A stretch of DNA of 64,000 nucleotides, taken from a virus (taxonomy: Duplodnaviria; Caudoviricetes). The DNA is taken from positions 1 through 64,000 of the IMG/VR virus record IMGVR_UViG_3300044842_000203. The stretch is one strand, 5' to 3'. The number at the start of each line of letters is the position of its first letter. Within the stretch, counting starts at the first letter, position 1. The position numbers and the translations under genes were made by a program. Positions 30,501 through 37,431 of the stretch are shown here, in pieces. The notes beneath the pieces were generated by a model. It searched no databases. It was given only the letters and a program-made list of their open reading frames with translations, and had not been told where the DNA came from.

Positions 30501-33500
30501 TCGCTCGCCGCGTCGCTGAACTCGGCCATCGCCTCCGCCAGGTTCACGTCGGTCGCGTCCGGTGTCGGCGGCATCTGCGGATCCGGTGTCGCCTGGTCCG
30601 GGTACCCGTTCGTCTCGGGCCAGTCCGGGGGCAGCAGCGCCAGCAGTGTCTGCCGCATCACCAGTTCCGTCGCCTGCGCCCTCGCCGCGTTCAGCCGCCC
30701 CGCCTTCTCCTCGAACGTCTCGTTCGGCGGGTCGTCCCCCGCCAGGGCTTCGCTCACCTGCTCGATCTCCTGCGCCGCCTGCTCCCCCAGCGTCCCGAAG
30801 AACGTCGCCCTCTCCGTGGGGCTCATCCCGTCGTACGCCTGCGGGAGGTACTGCTGGTACCACTGCTCCGCCAGCGCGGCTAGCGGACTCGTCTGCGCCA
30901 TGGGCATCAGTTTCCCCCTCGTGACGGCGCTGCTGCTCATTGATGATGCCGCGGGCCTTGTTCCACAGTCGCGCCCGCTCGGGGTTGAGTTTCTGCGCCT
31001 GGTCGAGGTGCCCGTGGGCGGTGTCGAACTCGCCGTTGTCGGCGGCGGCGCGGGCGGCGCGCATGTGGTTTTGCGCCTTCGCGGCGGGGGTGTCGCCTTC
31101 GACATCGGGCACGTGGGCGCGGGCGCGCTGCCGGGCGGCCAACTCGTCGGCGATGGCGCCGTTCTTTTCGTCCTCGGTCTTGGGTAGTGGAACCCGCACT
31201 TCGATCTCGTGGTTGTCGCCCCACGAGGTTTTAGTTACGCCCAGGTCTTGCACGGTCATACCGGGCCAGCCCAGCTCGCGAACCGCACCCATGACCTTCT
31301 GTGCGGATTCGTCGCTGTCGGCCCACACTCGGTGAACAGCTACCCCGTCAACAACGCGGGAACCTGCGCCTCCGCCACCACCGGGGATCTTTTGGGCCAC
31401 GCCGTTAAGGGCGTAAGTGCGAGCGCGCGCCGTGCCGGGCAGCTCGGTCTCCGCGCGGGTCTTAGACGGCGCGGGGGTTGAAGCCGAAGACCCAGGAGGT
31501 GAAGGTGTCTCCGCAAGAGATGACCCGGCCTCTGGAGTTTTCGCCACCCGCGCCGCGGGCACCGTAACACCCTCCACGTGCCCGCCGTAGGTCTCGGGGT
31601 CTTCACCCCGGCCGCGCAGCTCCCCATCAATCGCGCCGATCTTGGAGCGGATGCGGTCCCGTTCGATGCGCTTCGCGGCGCGCCGGGCGCGGGCCTGCTC
31701 ATTACGCTTGACCCGCCGACCTTCCCGCAGGTTCCCCGCGGCGGTGAACAGCATGCCCGGTGTGAGCGCCCCGGAGGCGATGGCGGCGTGCACATCACCG
31801 TCACCGAGGGCGCGGCGCACCTGCGTGAACGCCGGGGAATCAGCCGGATGCTTGGCCAGCAGTTTCCCGAACCGATCCGCGGCGGTTTTGATGGCCGCCT
31901 CGTCCCGCTCGGGGGCGTTCAGTAAATCGCCCAGATCTTCCGCGGCGCCGGCTAACCCTGGTCGGGTCGTGGGCGTCTTAGGCTCGGCGGGCGTCCCGGT
32001 GTCCGAGGTGCCCCCCACGCTCGGCTCCGGGGCGCCCGACTTGCTCACCGCGTTCTTAGCGGCTTTATCGCGGCGATCCAGTTCGGTTTGCAACGCCAGT
32101 TCGGCGACCAGATCTTTACGGGCGTCACCGAGCTGCGCGGTCGTTTTGTTGGCGAGCGCGGCGTCGTCCTCGGCGAGCAGGGCCTCCACCCGATCCTGCC
32201 GGTCGGCGACTTCGGGGGTGACGTCTAGTTCCCCGTCGGGGCCTTCGATGAGTCCGTGCTCATCGGGAGTGGCTTCGGGTTCGGGGCCGGGCGCGGGCGC
32301 GGCATGATCGTCGAGAGCCCCGGTGGCGGCGCGCTGGGCGGCCTCGTGCGCGGCGCGCTGCCGCTCGTCGGTGGGTAGACCGGCGGAGGCGTCCATGCTG
32401 CGCTGGGTGGTGGATTGCGCCTGGATGGCGTCGAGACGTTTCTCCACCACATCCGAGGGCAGCACGAGCAGGGTTTGCGCGACGTCGTGCGGGTCCTGAT
32501 CGTCGGGCAGGCCCATGCGGGTGAGGGCGTCGGCGAGGTCATCAACGTTGCCGTCGGCGATGGCGCCTTCGGCGTCGTACCGGGCCTGTGAGGTGTCGAC
32601 GTTGGTGGTGTCGAACGGGGTGAGTGAGGCGAGGATGTCCCGAACGGCCTGCTGGTCTTTGGTTTTGACCGAGGCTTTCGTCCACCGCTTACGTCGAGCG
32701 TTGATGTCACCCCAGGGGATGGGTAGGGCGGCGAGTTTCGCCAGCGCGTCGTCGATCTGCGCGGGGGGGAAGTTGCCGGGGGCGACGGGCATGAGCCCGG
32801 CGTTGGCGGTGTCGACGATCAACCAGTTGCCGTCGGCGCCTTTCACCGCGGCGAACTGCCCATCGGGGGAGGCGTGCACGTCGGCGCCGGGGGTGGCGAA
32901 TTGAGTGAGCATGTTCATGCTCGCGATGGCCGCGTTGCCGACGCCGACCTGTCCGGGGTCGCGGTCTTGTGAGGCGAAGTCCTGGTAGCGCTTGTGCAGC
33001 GCGGCGAGCGCGGCGGCAACCCCTGGTCGCACCGCGGCGGGGGTGGGCGTATGGTCGCCGACCGCGGCAGCCCCGGTAGCCATCGCCTGCTGGCCAGACT
33101 CGGCCGGGGCTGCCGCCACGGCGTGGGCGGCATGACCGATCGCAGGGCCGGTGTCGAGGGTTTCCGCGGCCTCGGCGGGCGCGGTGGTGCGTTCAATGTC
33201 GGCGGCGGTGGCGTGGGATTTGCCGCGGGGGCGCATGCCGGGGCGGATGGGGGTGCCGATGGGCAGACCCCAGAACGTGGAGTCACGGACAACGCGGCGG
33301 CCGAGGCCGTGGAGTGCCTTCACGTCGATGGTCCCCTCGACGGGTGAACTGCCGGAACACCCATCAGGATACCAGTCGTCGGTGTCGTCTTGCTGCGGCC
33401 GAACGTGTTCAGCGAGGGATTTCACCCCCGTTAACGTGGCCAGTGGGTGCGCTCCGTGCAAAACTTGCGACCACTCATAAATGTCGTAATCGTGTAAGTA

Positions 33501-34025
33501 GCGCAGACCGCGGCGTATTTTCGCCCCACCGGGGCGCACCTTGTAACCGATCGAAAAACATTCCTCGGGGCCGTAGAATTTCGCGTCTGAATAAGCATCC
33601 CGGCCGGCTTGCTTATCCATGTTGTACTGGGCTTTGATCAGCAAGCCGCCCGCGGCAGCTGGCCACGGCTTACCATCCGGGGTTTGCTTCGGCAGGCGCG
33701 GGTCGCCGGGCATCAGCTCCTCGGAGTAGACCAGCTTGGAGACCTTCTGCCCCCAGTTGTGATCCGTCACACCCTTGGGCTTCAAGCGTTTCACCGCGGT
33801 ACCCAGGCTGCCGGGCACGATGACGTCGCCCACCTTGTCGGGCACGCCGGAGACAGCGACGATCGCGGTGATCGTGCCTCTGGAGTCGTCGTGACCGATC
33901 ACCCCCGTCAGGGGTGATGACGTCTCCTCGTTCGGCAGCGCCTTCCATTCCAGGCGCCCCGACTCCCCCAAATCGGCCGGAAATTCAATCTCGTCAAGCT
34001 CCAGCCGGGTTTCGGTTGTGGTCAT
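24519..34025 (-). CDS. Giant polyvalent protein: HK97-type prohead protease + DarB-like N6-adenine methylase + SNF2 helicase + Zn ribbon
   Basis: Protease D.VGDVIVPG, DHNW, FSIGY, EWSQV..GA; MTase VLEPGSGSG, GNVPFG; helicase HVVGAGKT, DEAH, SGTP, QRDGRIMRQGN; C-terminal CPSC..CISC. Confidence 0.92.
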   Translation of the reverse strand: MTTTETRLELDEIEFPADLGESGRLEWKALPNEETSSPLTGVIGHDDSRGTITAIVAVSGVPDKVGDVIVPGSLGTAVKRLKPKGVTDHNWGQKVSKLVYSEELMPGDPRLPKQTPDGKPWPAAAGGLLIKAQYNMDKQAGRDAYSDAKFYGPEECFSIGYKVRPGGAKIRRGLRYLHDYDIYEWSQVLHGAHPLATLTGVKSLAEHVRPQQDDTDDWYPDGCSGSSPVEGTIDVKALHGLGRRVVRDSTFWGLPIGTPIRPGMRPRGKSHATAADIERTTAPAEAAETLDTGPAIGHAAHAVAAAPAESGQQAMATGAAAVGDHTPTPAAVRPGVAAALAALHKRYQDFASQDRDPGQVGVGNAAIASMNMLTQFATPGADVHASPDGQFAAVKGADGNWLIVDTANAGLMPVAPGNFPPAQIDDALAKLAALPIPWGDINARRKRWTKASVKTKDQQAVRDILASLTPFDTTNVDTSQARYDAEGAIADGNVDDLADALTRMGLPDDQDPHDVAQTLLVLPSDVVEKRLDAIQAQSTTQRSMDASAGLPTDERQRAAHEAAQRAATGALDDHAAPAPGPEPEATPDEHGLIEGPDGELDVTPEVADRQDRVEALLAEDDAALANKTTAQLGDARKDLVAELALQTELDRRDKAAKNAVSKSGAPEPSVGGTSDTGTPAEPKTPTTRPGLAGAAEDLGDLLNAPERDEAAIKTAADRFGKLLAKHPADSPAFTQVRRALGDGDVHAAIASGALTPGMLFTAAGNLREGRRVKRNEQARARRAAKRIERDRIRSKIGAIDGELRGRGEDPETYGGHVEGVTVPAARVAKTPEAGSSLAETPSPPGSSASTPAPSKTRAETELPGTARARTYALNGVAQKIPGGGGGAGSRVVDGVAVHRVWADSDESAQKVMGAVRELGWPGMTVQDLGVTKTSWGDNHEIEVRVPLPKTEDEKNGAIADELAARQRARAHVPDVEGDTPAAKAQNHMRAARAAADNGEFDTAHGHLDQAQKLNPERARLWNKARGIINEQQRRHEGETDAHGADESASRAGGAVVPAVPPAGVRRDEPHGEGDVLRDAGGAGGAGDRAGERSPGGGRPAERDVRGEGGAAERGEGAGDGTGDAADTAGAAAPGLARDERVPGPGDTGSADAADTGRDRREPGGGDGRVQRRGERAGAAEAGRGEGEPADTAGETGVPEQRDGGVDHPVTEGEREDRGQLDAAGGEAPASVSTDLPDEQPGVDRGQVDAIPSEGEDFRPVNADDLAPAGKRAKLNANIAALEVLRQLQNEHRPATPDEQRVLARWAGWGGLPEVFDDTKPEYAADRERLRGLLSDKEWAEARRNTLNAHYTDANAVAAIWKAVQDLGFDGGQVLEPGSGSGTFIGFKPHHLDVDMVGVELDSTTAAISKALYPSATIRNESFADTRLPAGSMDAVVGNVPFGDFALTDRVHNPGRKLSIHNHFIIKSLAATKPGGICALLTSRYTMDSKSTDARRRMAEMGDLIGAVRLPTGSHSKTAGTSVIEDILIFRRREPGAEPLTSQDWINAPVTHLGGQDIPVNQYFLDHPDHVLGEMTAEKGRYGTGDMIVRGDQDTLPDDLNHALEGITSAAQTGGVTASPRLEGTAQITEAADAHDGYIATGPDGGFTQIVGGAAVPLDVPAKQAEELRALIGLRDTLRELLQAESTTAADTTQIRQLRRDLNDQYDAYVARYGPINRYSLSKTGSRVTPGQGGFRRDPMSAIVRALEVYDPEAGTGSKTAIFTKRAVAPREIPTKADTPEDALALSLDTYGEVNLKAIADMLGTDESTARERLGTLVFEQPPLTEAEQNQAWSNYTADVDPLGGLDGQPPALESVGESVRAAGKLEPAAAYLSGNVRRKLAAAQAAAEHDQRFQANVDALKAVIPTDLGVDEVDGRLGAAWIPADDVRQFLADLIYDGNTDPVKVATSGGGIWTVTGADWGNKATEQWGTDRISAGEIVQALLEQRSIKISDTIDGKQYPNLEATAAAQAKAEELQERFSEWLWEDSTRAQRLLRNYNNQFNAVRLRNYDDMDRVFPDMAEGFTPRPHQVAAVNRIVSEPAALLAHVVGAGKTGEMAMGAHELKRLGMAKKPAIVVPNHMKEQFEREYLQIYPNAKILAAGTDDLKGDRRREFVARAATGDWDCVILTQNAMGMVPMSKEAMQSYIDRELATMRAQLEAAKAEGGQFGDQAQQKTIKKMEKAVLKAEEALKAKLDKQKDAGVTFEQTGIDYLFVDEAHMYSNLRTLSNIQGAGATGSDMASDLHMKIEHLRANNPSGRVVTFASGTPIRNTVTQAYIMQRFLRPDLLEEAGIHSFDQWAATFGQTVDEMELKPEGAGFRQTTRFAKFRNVPELLRLFQIFADVKMADDLKLPTPNLETGAVQNVIVPPSPELTAYIAELGERAEDVRSGAVEPEVDNMLKISTDGRKAALSMALVGQEHKPGKVEAAADKIYDIWDKTKDRPVPCDINDPAGGDCPPPGSMQIVFADMGTPTSDGWNAYDALRDALVAKGMKRESIRFMHEAKNDREKAELFAAARNGQVAVLIGSTEKMGVGTNVQRRAVALHHLDAPWRPADVEQRDGRIMRQGNTNATVAIYRYVTEGSFDAYMWQTLERKKKFIDQIMRNKLGDVRELEDVGDTALSYAEVKALATGNPLLMQKAKVDAAVSKLARMERQHNRTQTNLRNDVLTYTQTAQRNRARADALDAAIAKRTDTTSGEDFAFTAGGHKFTSRADAADGLKGAIRDAIYNQPSWRRAEPTYLGTFGGHDLMGKVQSYYDKTGARKFGIDLSWDGVDNELGPVVRLNDTQIATLGPGIFTTLANNLNGFEARQARLRDRADFLESEAEQMRSRIGLPFAKADELAAARTEQAHVAEEMAKVGVATGEDGQENTAATALANARAAAGRAAASMGNWQKDERNILRRLANPAASPGAVVSPKGTLAAVPTPDGTQFITTADGNSIRVGGLAGQVDDPQALLNDLEALDIPWDEGASALQRRWSTYVPYEHDYALSYEENSKRRKAQQEEREARVKADKQQVVDVWKRHLVQPQSEGKSLLDAELLARAAQLKAELKADTAVSGAPDADEESFEDVVAADVPYVMAADGQLLKAVTCPSCGNTMYYPADGMNGQRACISCGAALQMQPVPATVG
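30410..30907 (-). CDS. TnpV-like protein nested out of frame within the giant gene
   Basis: RBS GAGGGGG before ATG; protein W.QYLP.AY..TFF.TLGEQAAQEIE..LAGDDPP.E.F.EK.GRLN.AR.QA.ELV resembles actinobacterial TnpV-like proteins; host frame here is low-complexity G/R/A. Confidence 0.7.
   Translation of the reverse strand: MPMAQTSPLAALAEQWYQQYLPQAYDGMSPTERATFFGTLGEQAAQEIEQVSEALAGDDPPNETFEEKAGRLNAARAQATELVMRQTLLALLPPDWPETNGYPDQATPDPQMPPTPDATDVNLAEAMAEFSDAASELAQQKRDAARASQPTLPAKPEYLSSATAE
33323..33374 (-). promoter_or_regulatory. Internal early-type promoter + RBS + in-frame GTG inside giant gene
   Basis: TGG-TATCCT-N6-TGTTCCGGC, then GAGGGG 9 nt before GTG (residue 235). Confidence 0.65.
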
Positions 34026-35902
34026 GCACTCACCGACCCCACATCGAAGAGATCAGGCAGCCCACTGCCGCTGTCCTCGCCCGCATCGCCGCCATCTGCA
34101 CTGGCGTCCGGGACGTCGCCACCGGGGCCGGAGTCGGGGATCATGCGCGCGGCCAGCTGGGCGTGGCGGGCGGTGTCGAGCAGCACCCCCGTGCCGTCGT
34201 CGACGTCACCATCTGGCTCGCCGTCGGGCCCGTCGGCCTCGTCACCGAGGTCGGCGATGTAGCCCGCGGTCCACGGCTCATCGAACTGCTGACCCCAGTC
34301 GTCGATACCGTCGAACAGGGCGGCGATCTCTGGGTCGGTGTCGACGGCCATCGCGGCGGCCTTGGTTTCGATGTCTTCGGACCAGTCGAACTTCACGCCG
34401 ATGGTCAGTGGCTTGCCCACGTTGCCCTTGAGGGTGTGCGCGTTTTTGCCGGGCCACTGGCCGGTGGCCATCTTGTGGATGTTCGCGGTGAGGCCGTTGA
34501 GCACCTTCGGGTTGTGCACGAACTTCGCGAGGTGCCGGCGTAGGCGCTTGAAATCGCCCTTGGAGCCGGGGCGCCACTTCTTGCGGCCCTTCGGGTTGAA
34601 GGCCCAGAAGTTGCGCAGTTTCGCAGCTCGCGGATCAGGGGAAGCGACCTTCACCTCAATGCCGTCTTCGAGGGACTTGCCTTCGGTGGTGGCCTGCTCC
34701 AGGGAGCCGATGCGCTGGGTGATGTGGTGGTCGGCGCCGAGCCGCTTCGCGGCGCCTTTGAGCCGGCGCGCGTTGGCTTTGCGCTTCTCCGGGGGCAGCT
34801 TGTGGTGCGCGCCGATCGCGTTGTGCAGGTCTTGGATGGATTGCAGCGCGGGGTCGTCGTCCGGGTCACCGTCGGCACCAACCCGGCGGCCCATGTTGAG
34901 CCCCTTGTGCTCGGACTTGTCGTCGGCGTCCCCATCGTCCTCGCCGCTGCCCAAATCCTGAATCTTGTCGATCATCTCTTGCCCGGCATTGAGCCGGCGG
35001 GCCTCTTTCAACAGCAGGCGCTTGAGCGCATCCCGGTCGCCGGGCTTGGCCCGCCCCCACGACTGGTAGGCGTTGTCGAGGTCACCGAGTGTCTTGATTG
35101 GGTAGGACTTGGTGCCTTTGAGGGTGTGCCCCTGTTTTGCGAGCTTTTCGCGCTCATCGGTGGAGATGTCGCGTTTCACTTCGAGGGCGCGTTCGCGCAT
35201 CGACGCCGCCCACATCAGGCCGATCTCACCGCAGTTGGCGCCCACCCAGTCGACGCCGCGCGTGTTAAGGGCTTTGCCTTCAGCGACGATCCGGGCGACG
35301 GGGCCGGGCAGGATCGCGGCCACCTCGATGATCTCGGCCGGCGGGGTGAAGGTGATCTCGCCGGATTTCGTTTCAGTGATCACGGGTGCCTCCGCATCGC
35401 CGAGGGGAACGTCGAGCACGTCGCCGGCCAGGGCGAGGCGCAGTGTGGAGAACCGCACCGGGCCGGTGAAGGTGAGCTGATCAGGGTTCAGGCCATAGCC
35501 CGCAGTCACGTGAAAGATCACGGGATCATGCTGCGCGGGCGGGGTCGGGTAGTCGTCGTGCGTAGTGGTCACCCACTGTGCCCACTTGCGTAGCGGGTTG
35601 AGCGCGGGGGAGTCACCCACCAGGTAGACGGCGCAGGGCTGCGGCCCGTCGTCGCTATCGCCCCCGTCGGGGTTGAAGATGGCGTGGCCCATGATGCGGG
35701 CATCCACCGGGTCGAACGCGGGCGCCGATGCGGTGACCAGTTCGCGCAGCCGGGCGGACTGCTCGGGCGCCCAGTCGGCCACGTTGTCGCCGAGGTAGAG
35801 CAGGGTGAGGTGCATCTGCTCCGGCGGGTCGCCCCCATCGACGGCCAGCTGGCCGGCGTTGTCGGGGACCAGGCCGAGGAATCCGCCCGTGTATTCAGTC
35901 AC
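34022..35902 (-). CDS. Multidomain head protein: 2H phosphoesterase (Acb1/LigT-like) + small helical domains
   Basis: Two HxT motifs (MHLTL, FHVTA); YPIKTLGDLDNA..GRA domain plus a degenerate copy; KLRNFW..GDF.R..H...TGQWPG domain. Confidence 0.8.
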   Translation of the reverse strand: MTEYTGGFLGLVPDNAGQLAVDGGDPPEQMHLTLLYLGDNVADWAPEQSARLRELVTASAPAFDPVDARIMGHAIFNPDGGDSDDGPQPCAVYLVGDSPALNPLRKWAQWVTTTHDDYPTPPAQHDPVIFHVTAGYGLNPDQLTFTGPVRFSTLRLALAGDVLDVPLGDAEAPVITETKSGEITFTPPAEIIEVAAILPGPVARIVAEGKALNTRGVDWVGANCGEIGLMWAASMRERALEVKRDISTDEREKLAKQGHTLKGTKSYPIKTLGDLDNAYQSWGRAKPGDRDALKRLLLKEARRLNAGQEMIDKIQDLGSGEDDGDADDKSEHKGLNMGRRVGADGDPDDDPALQSIQDLHNAIGAHHKLPPEKRKANARRLKGAAKRLGADHHITQRIGSLEQATTEGKSLEDGIEVKVASPDPRAAKLRNFWAFNPKGRKKWRPGSKGDFKRLRRHLAKFVHNPKVLNGLTANIHKMATGQWPGKNAHTLKGNVGKPLTIGVKFDWSEDIETKAAAMAVDTDPEIAALFDGIDDWGQQFDEPWTAGYIADLGDEADGPDGEPDGDVDDGTGVLLDTARHAQLAARMIPDSGPGGDVPDASADGGDAGEDSGSGLPDLFDVGSVSA

Positions 35903-36164
35903 AGGGCTTCGCCCCAGCGTGCGGGAGGTGCCAGGTGCCGCCGGTCATCTGCTGGTCGTAGGCGCAGTCGTCGAAGAACACCCCGGATGGGTTGATGACG
36001 AACAGGGACAGCAGGTTATTGCTGAGCACGCCAGAGACCAGCGCGGCGCGGCAGCGCGGCTGGTATATCTGTGTGCCGTCGATGCCTACCGGGCTGCCGT
36101 GAGAGCGGTAGTGCACCCGGTCCCCGAGATCAACGGCAGGACCATCACCGGACGTGATGAGCAT
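35895..36164 (-). CDS. Conserved small phage protein (leaderless)
   Basis: GDRVHY..G....CRAALV...L.VINPSG.FF...GGTWH.P; ATG 7 nt after late -10. Confidence 0.7.
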   Translation of the reverse strand: MLITSGDGPAVDLGDRVHYRSHGSPVGIDGTQIYQPRCRAALVSGVLSNNLLSLFVINPSGVFFDDCAYDQQMTGGTWHLPHAGAKPCD

Positions 36165-36385
36165 GTCGCGCATGGTGTCAGGCGAGCAGGTTGAGCCGCT
36201 GGTGGGCGCGCCGCGAGCGATAGAAACCGCGGGAGCTGCCTGCTACACTCGACAGCGTTGGTCCATGGGTATCGACTGCGCGGGGTTTGAGGCTTGCCTC
36301 CCCCGGTAGCCACTCCTCGGACTGGCCGGAACCGGAGCAGCCCTCCCAGCAATGGGGGGGCTGTTCGCGTTATCCGGTTAATTAC

Positions 36386-36781
36386 TCAGCGCATCGCGGC
36401 GCGGCAATGTGAGCACACGCCGTAGGCGATGGTGACCCGATCCAAGGTGATTTCTCCCATGTGCAGCTCATCATCGGTGCGCTTGCAAGCGTCGCAGCGA
36501 AAATTCTCGGGATCCGACGCGGGCAGCATGCCCAGGTGCGCACAGCCGGGGCAGGTGACCAGGCGCGGATTCCAGGCCACCATGCGCACCGGGATGTTGC
36601 TGCGGAAAGTGGGGTTGTGGGGGCAGGAGTCGAACTGACCGGACTGCCACATCGTCATGCGGTTGGTGAACAGGGCAGTCAGCCACTCGGGCACGTCTGC
36701 CCACCGGATGGGCTGCCCCTGAATGCGGGGGCCTTCGAGTTGGCGATTGCGGTGATGTTTGTTGCCGCGAGTGCGGGTCAT
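36386..36781 (-). CDS. Cys-rich (Zn-binding) hypothetical protein
   Basis: CPH, CxxC, CDAC, CxxC. Confidence 0.6.
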   Translation of the reverse strand: MTRTRGNKHHRNRQLEGPRIQGQPIRWADVPEWLTALFTNRMTMWQSGQFDSCPHNPTFRSNIPVRMVAWNPRLVTCPGCAHLGMLPASDPENFRCDACKRTDDELHMGEITLDRVTIAYGVCSHCRAAMR

Positions 36782-37389
36782 GCGGTCACCTGCGTCGGGC
36801 TCGGGCTGGGCGCGTTCGACGGGGGTGTGGGCTCGGGCACGTCCTCGTGCTCCCCACCTTCGTCCCAGTCACACCACGGGCAGCACGGCTGGAGTAGGCG
36901 ATGCTGCTGCATCGCGTAGGCCTCGATCGCCAGCAGCAGATAGAAAACGGCATGCCCGGTGTAGGACAACCAGTCATCAGGGCGGGTGTCTAGCCAGAAC
37001 AGGAAACCGAGCGCGGTGAACGAGGCGAGGGAAAACAGCGCTGAGTGCGCTATCCACAGCCAGGGCCGTCGGCGCCGCGCCACCTCCGCGATATCGAGGG
37101 GGACCTGCTCGGGGCAGATGGTGCACAGCGCCTGGTGGTGGTACCCGTTGGCCAGCCATGTGACGGTGAGCCAGGCCAGCGCAAAAAGGAATAACAGTTC
37201 GGCCGGAAGATGCCATGCCGGGCTCGCGTGATGGGTGAGCATCACGGGGATTTGAGCGATGGCGCTGGCGATAGCTGCGGCGGTCAGTTGGTGGGCTAGG
37301 CGGTTGGCGATTCGGTTGAGCCAGGGGAAGCGTTCATCGAGGCTGGCGACGATCGGCATGAGAGTCCTCACAGGTGGGGGAGCGGCCAC
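36778..37389 (-). CDS. Membrane protein with H/C motifs
   Basis: 4 TM segments, HHQALCTIC, HRLLQPCCPWC. Confidence 0.6.
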   Translation of the reverse strand: MAAPPPVRTLMPIVASLDERFPWLNRIANRLAHQLTAAAIASAIAQIPVMLTHHASPAWHLPAELLFLFALAWLTVTWLANGYHHQALCTICPEQVPLDIAEVARRRRPWLWIAHSALFSLASFTALGFLFWLDTRPDDWLSYTGHAVFYLLLAIEAYAMQQHRLLQPCCPWCDWDEGGEHEDVPEPTPPSNAPSPSPTQVTA

Positions 37390-37431
37390 CCTGCCCGCCG
37401 ATAACAGGCAGGGTGCCGCTCCGGTCGGGGG

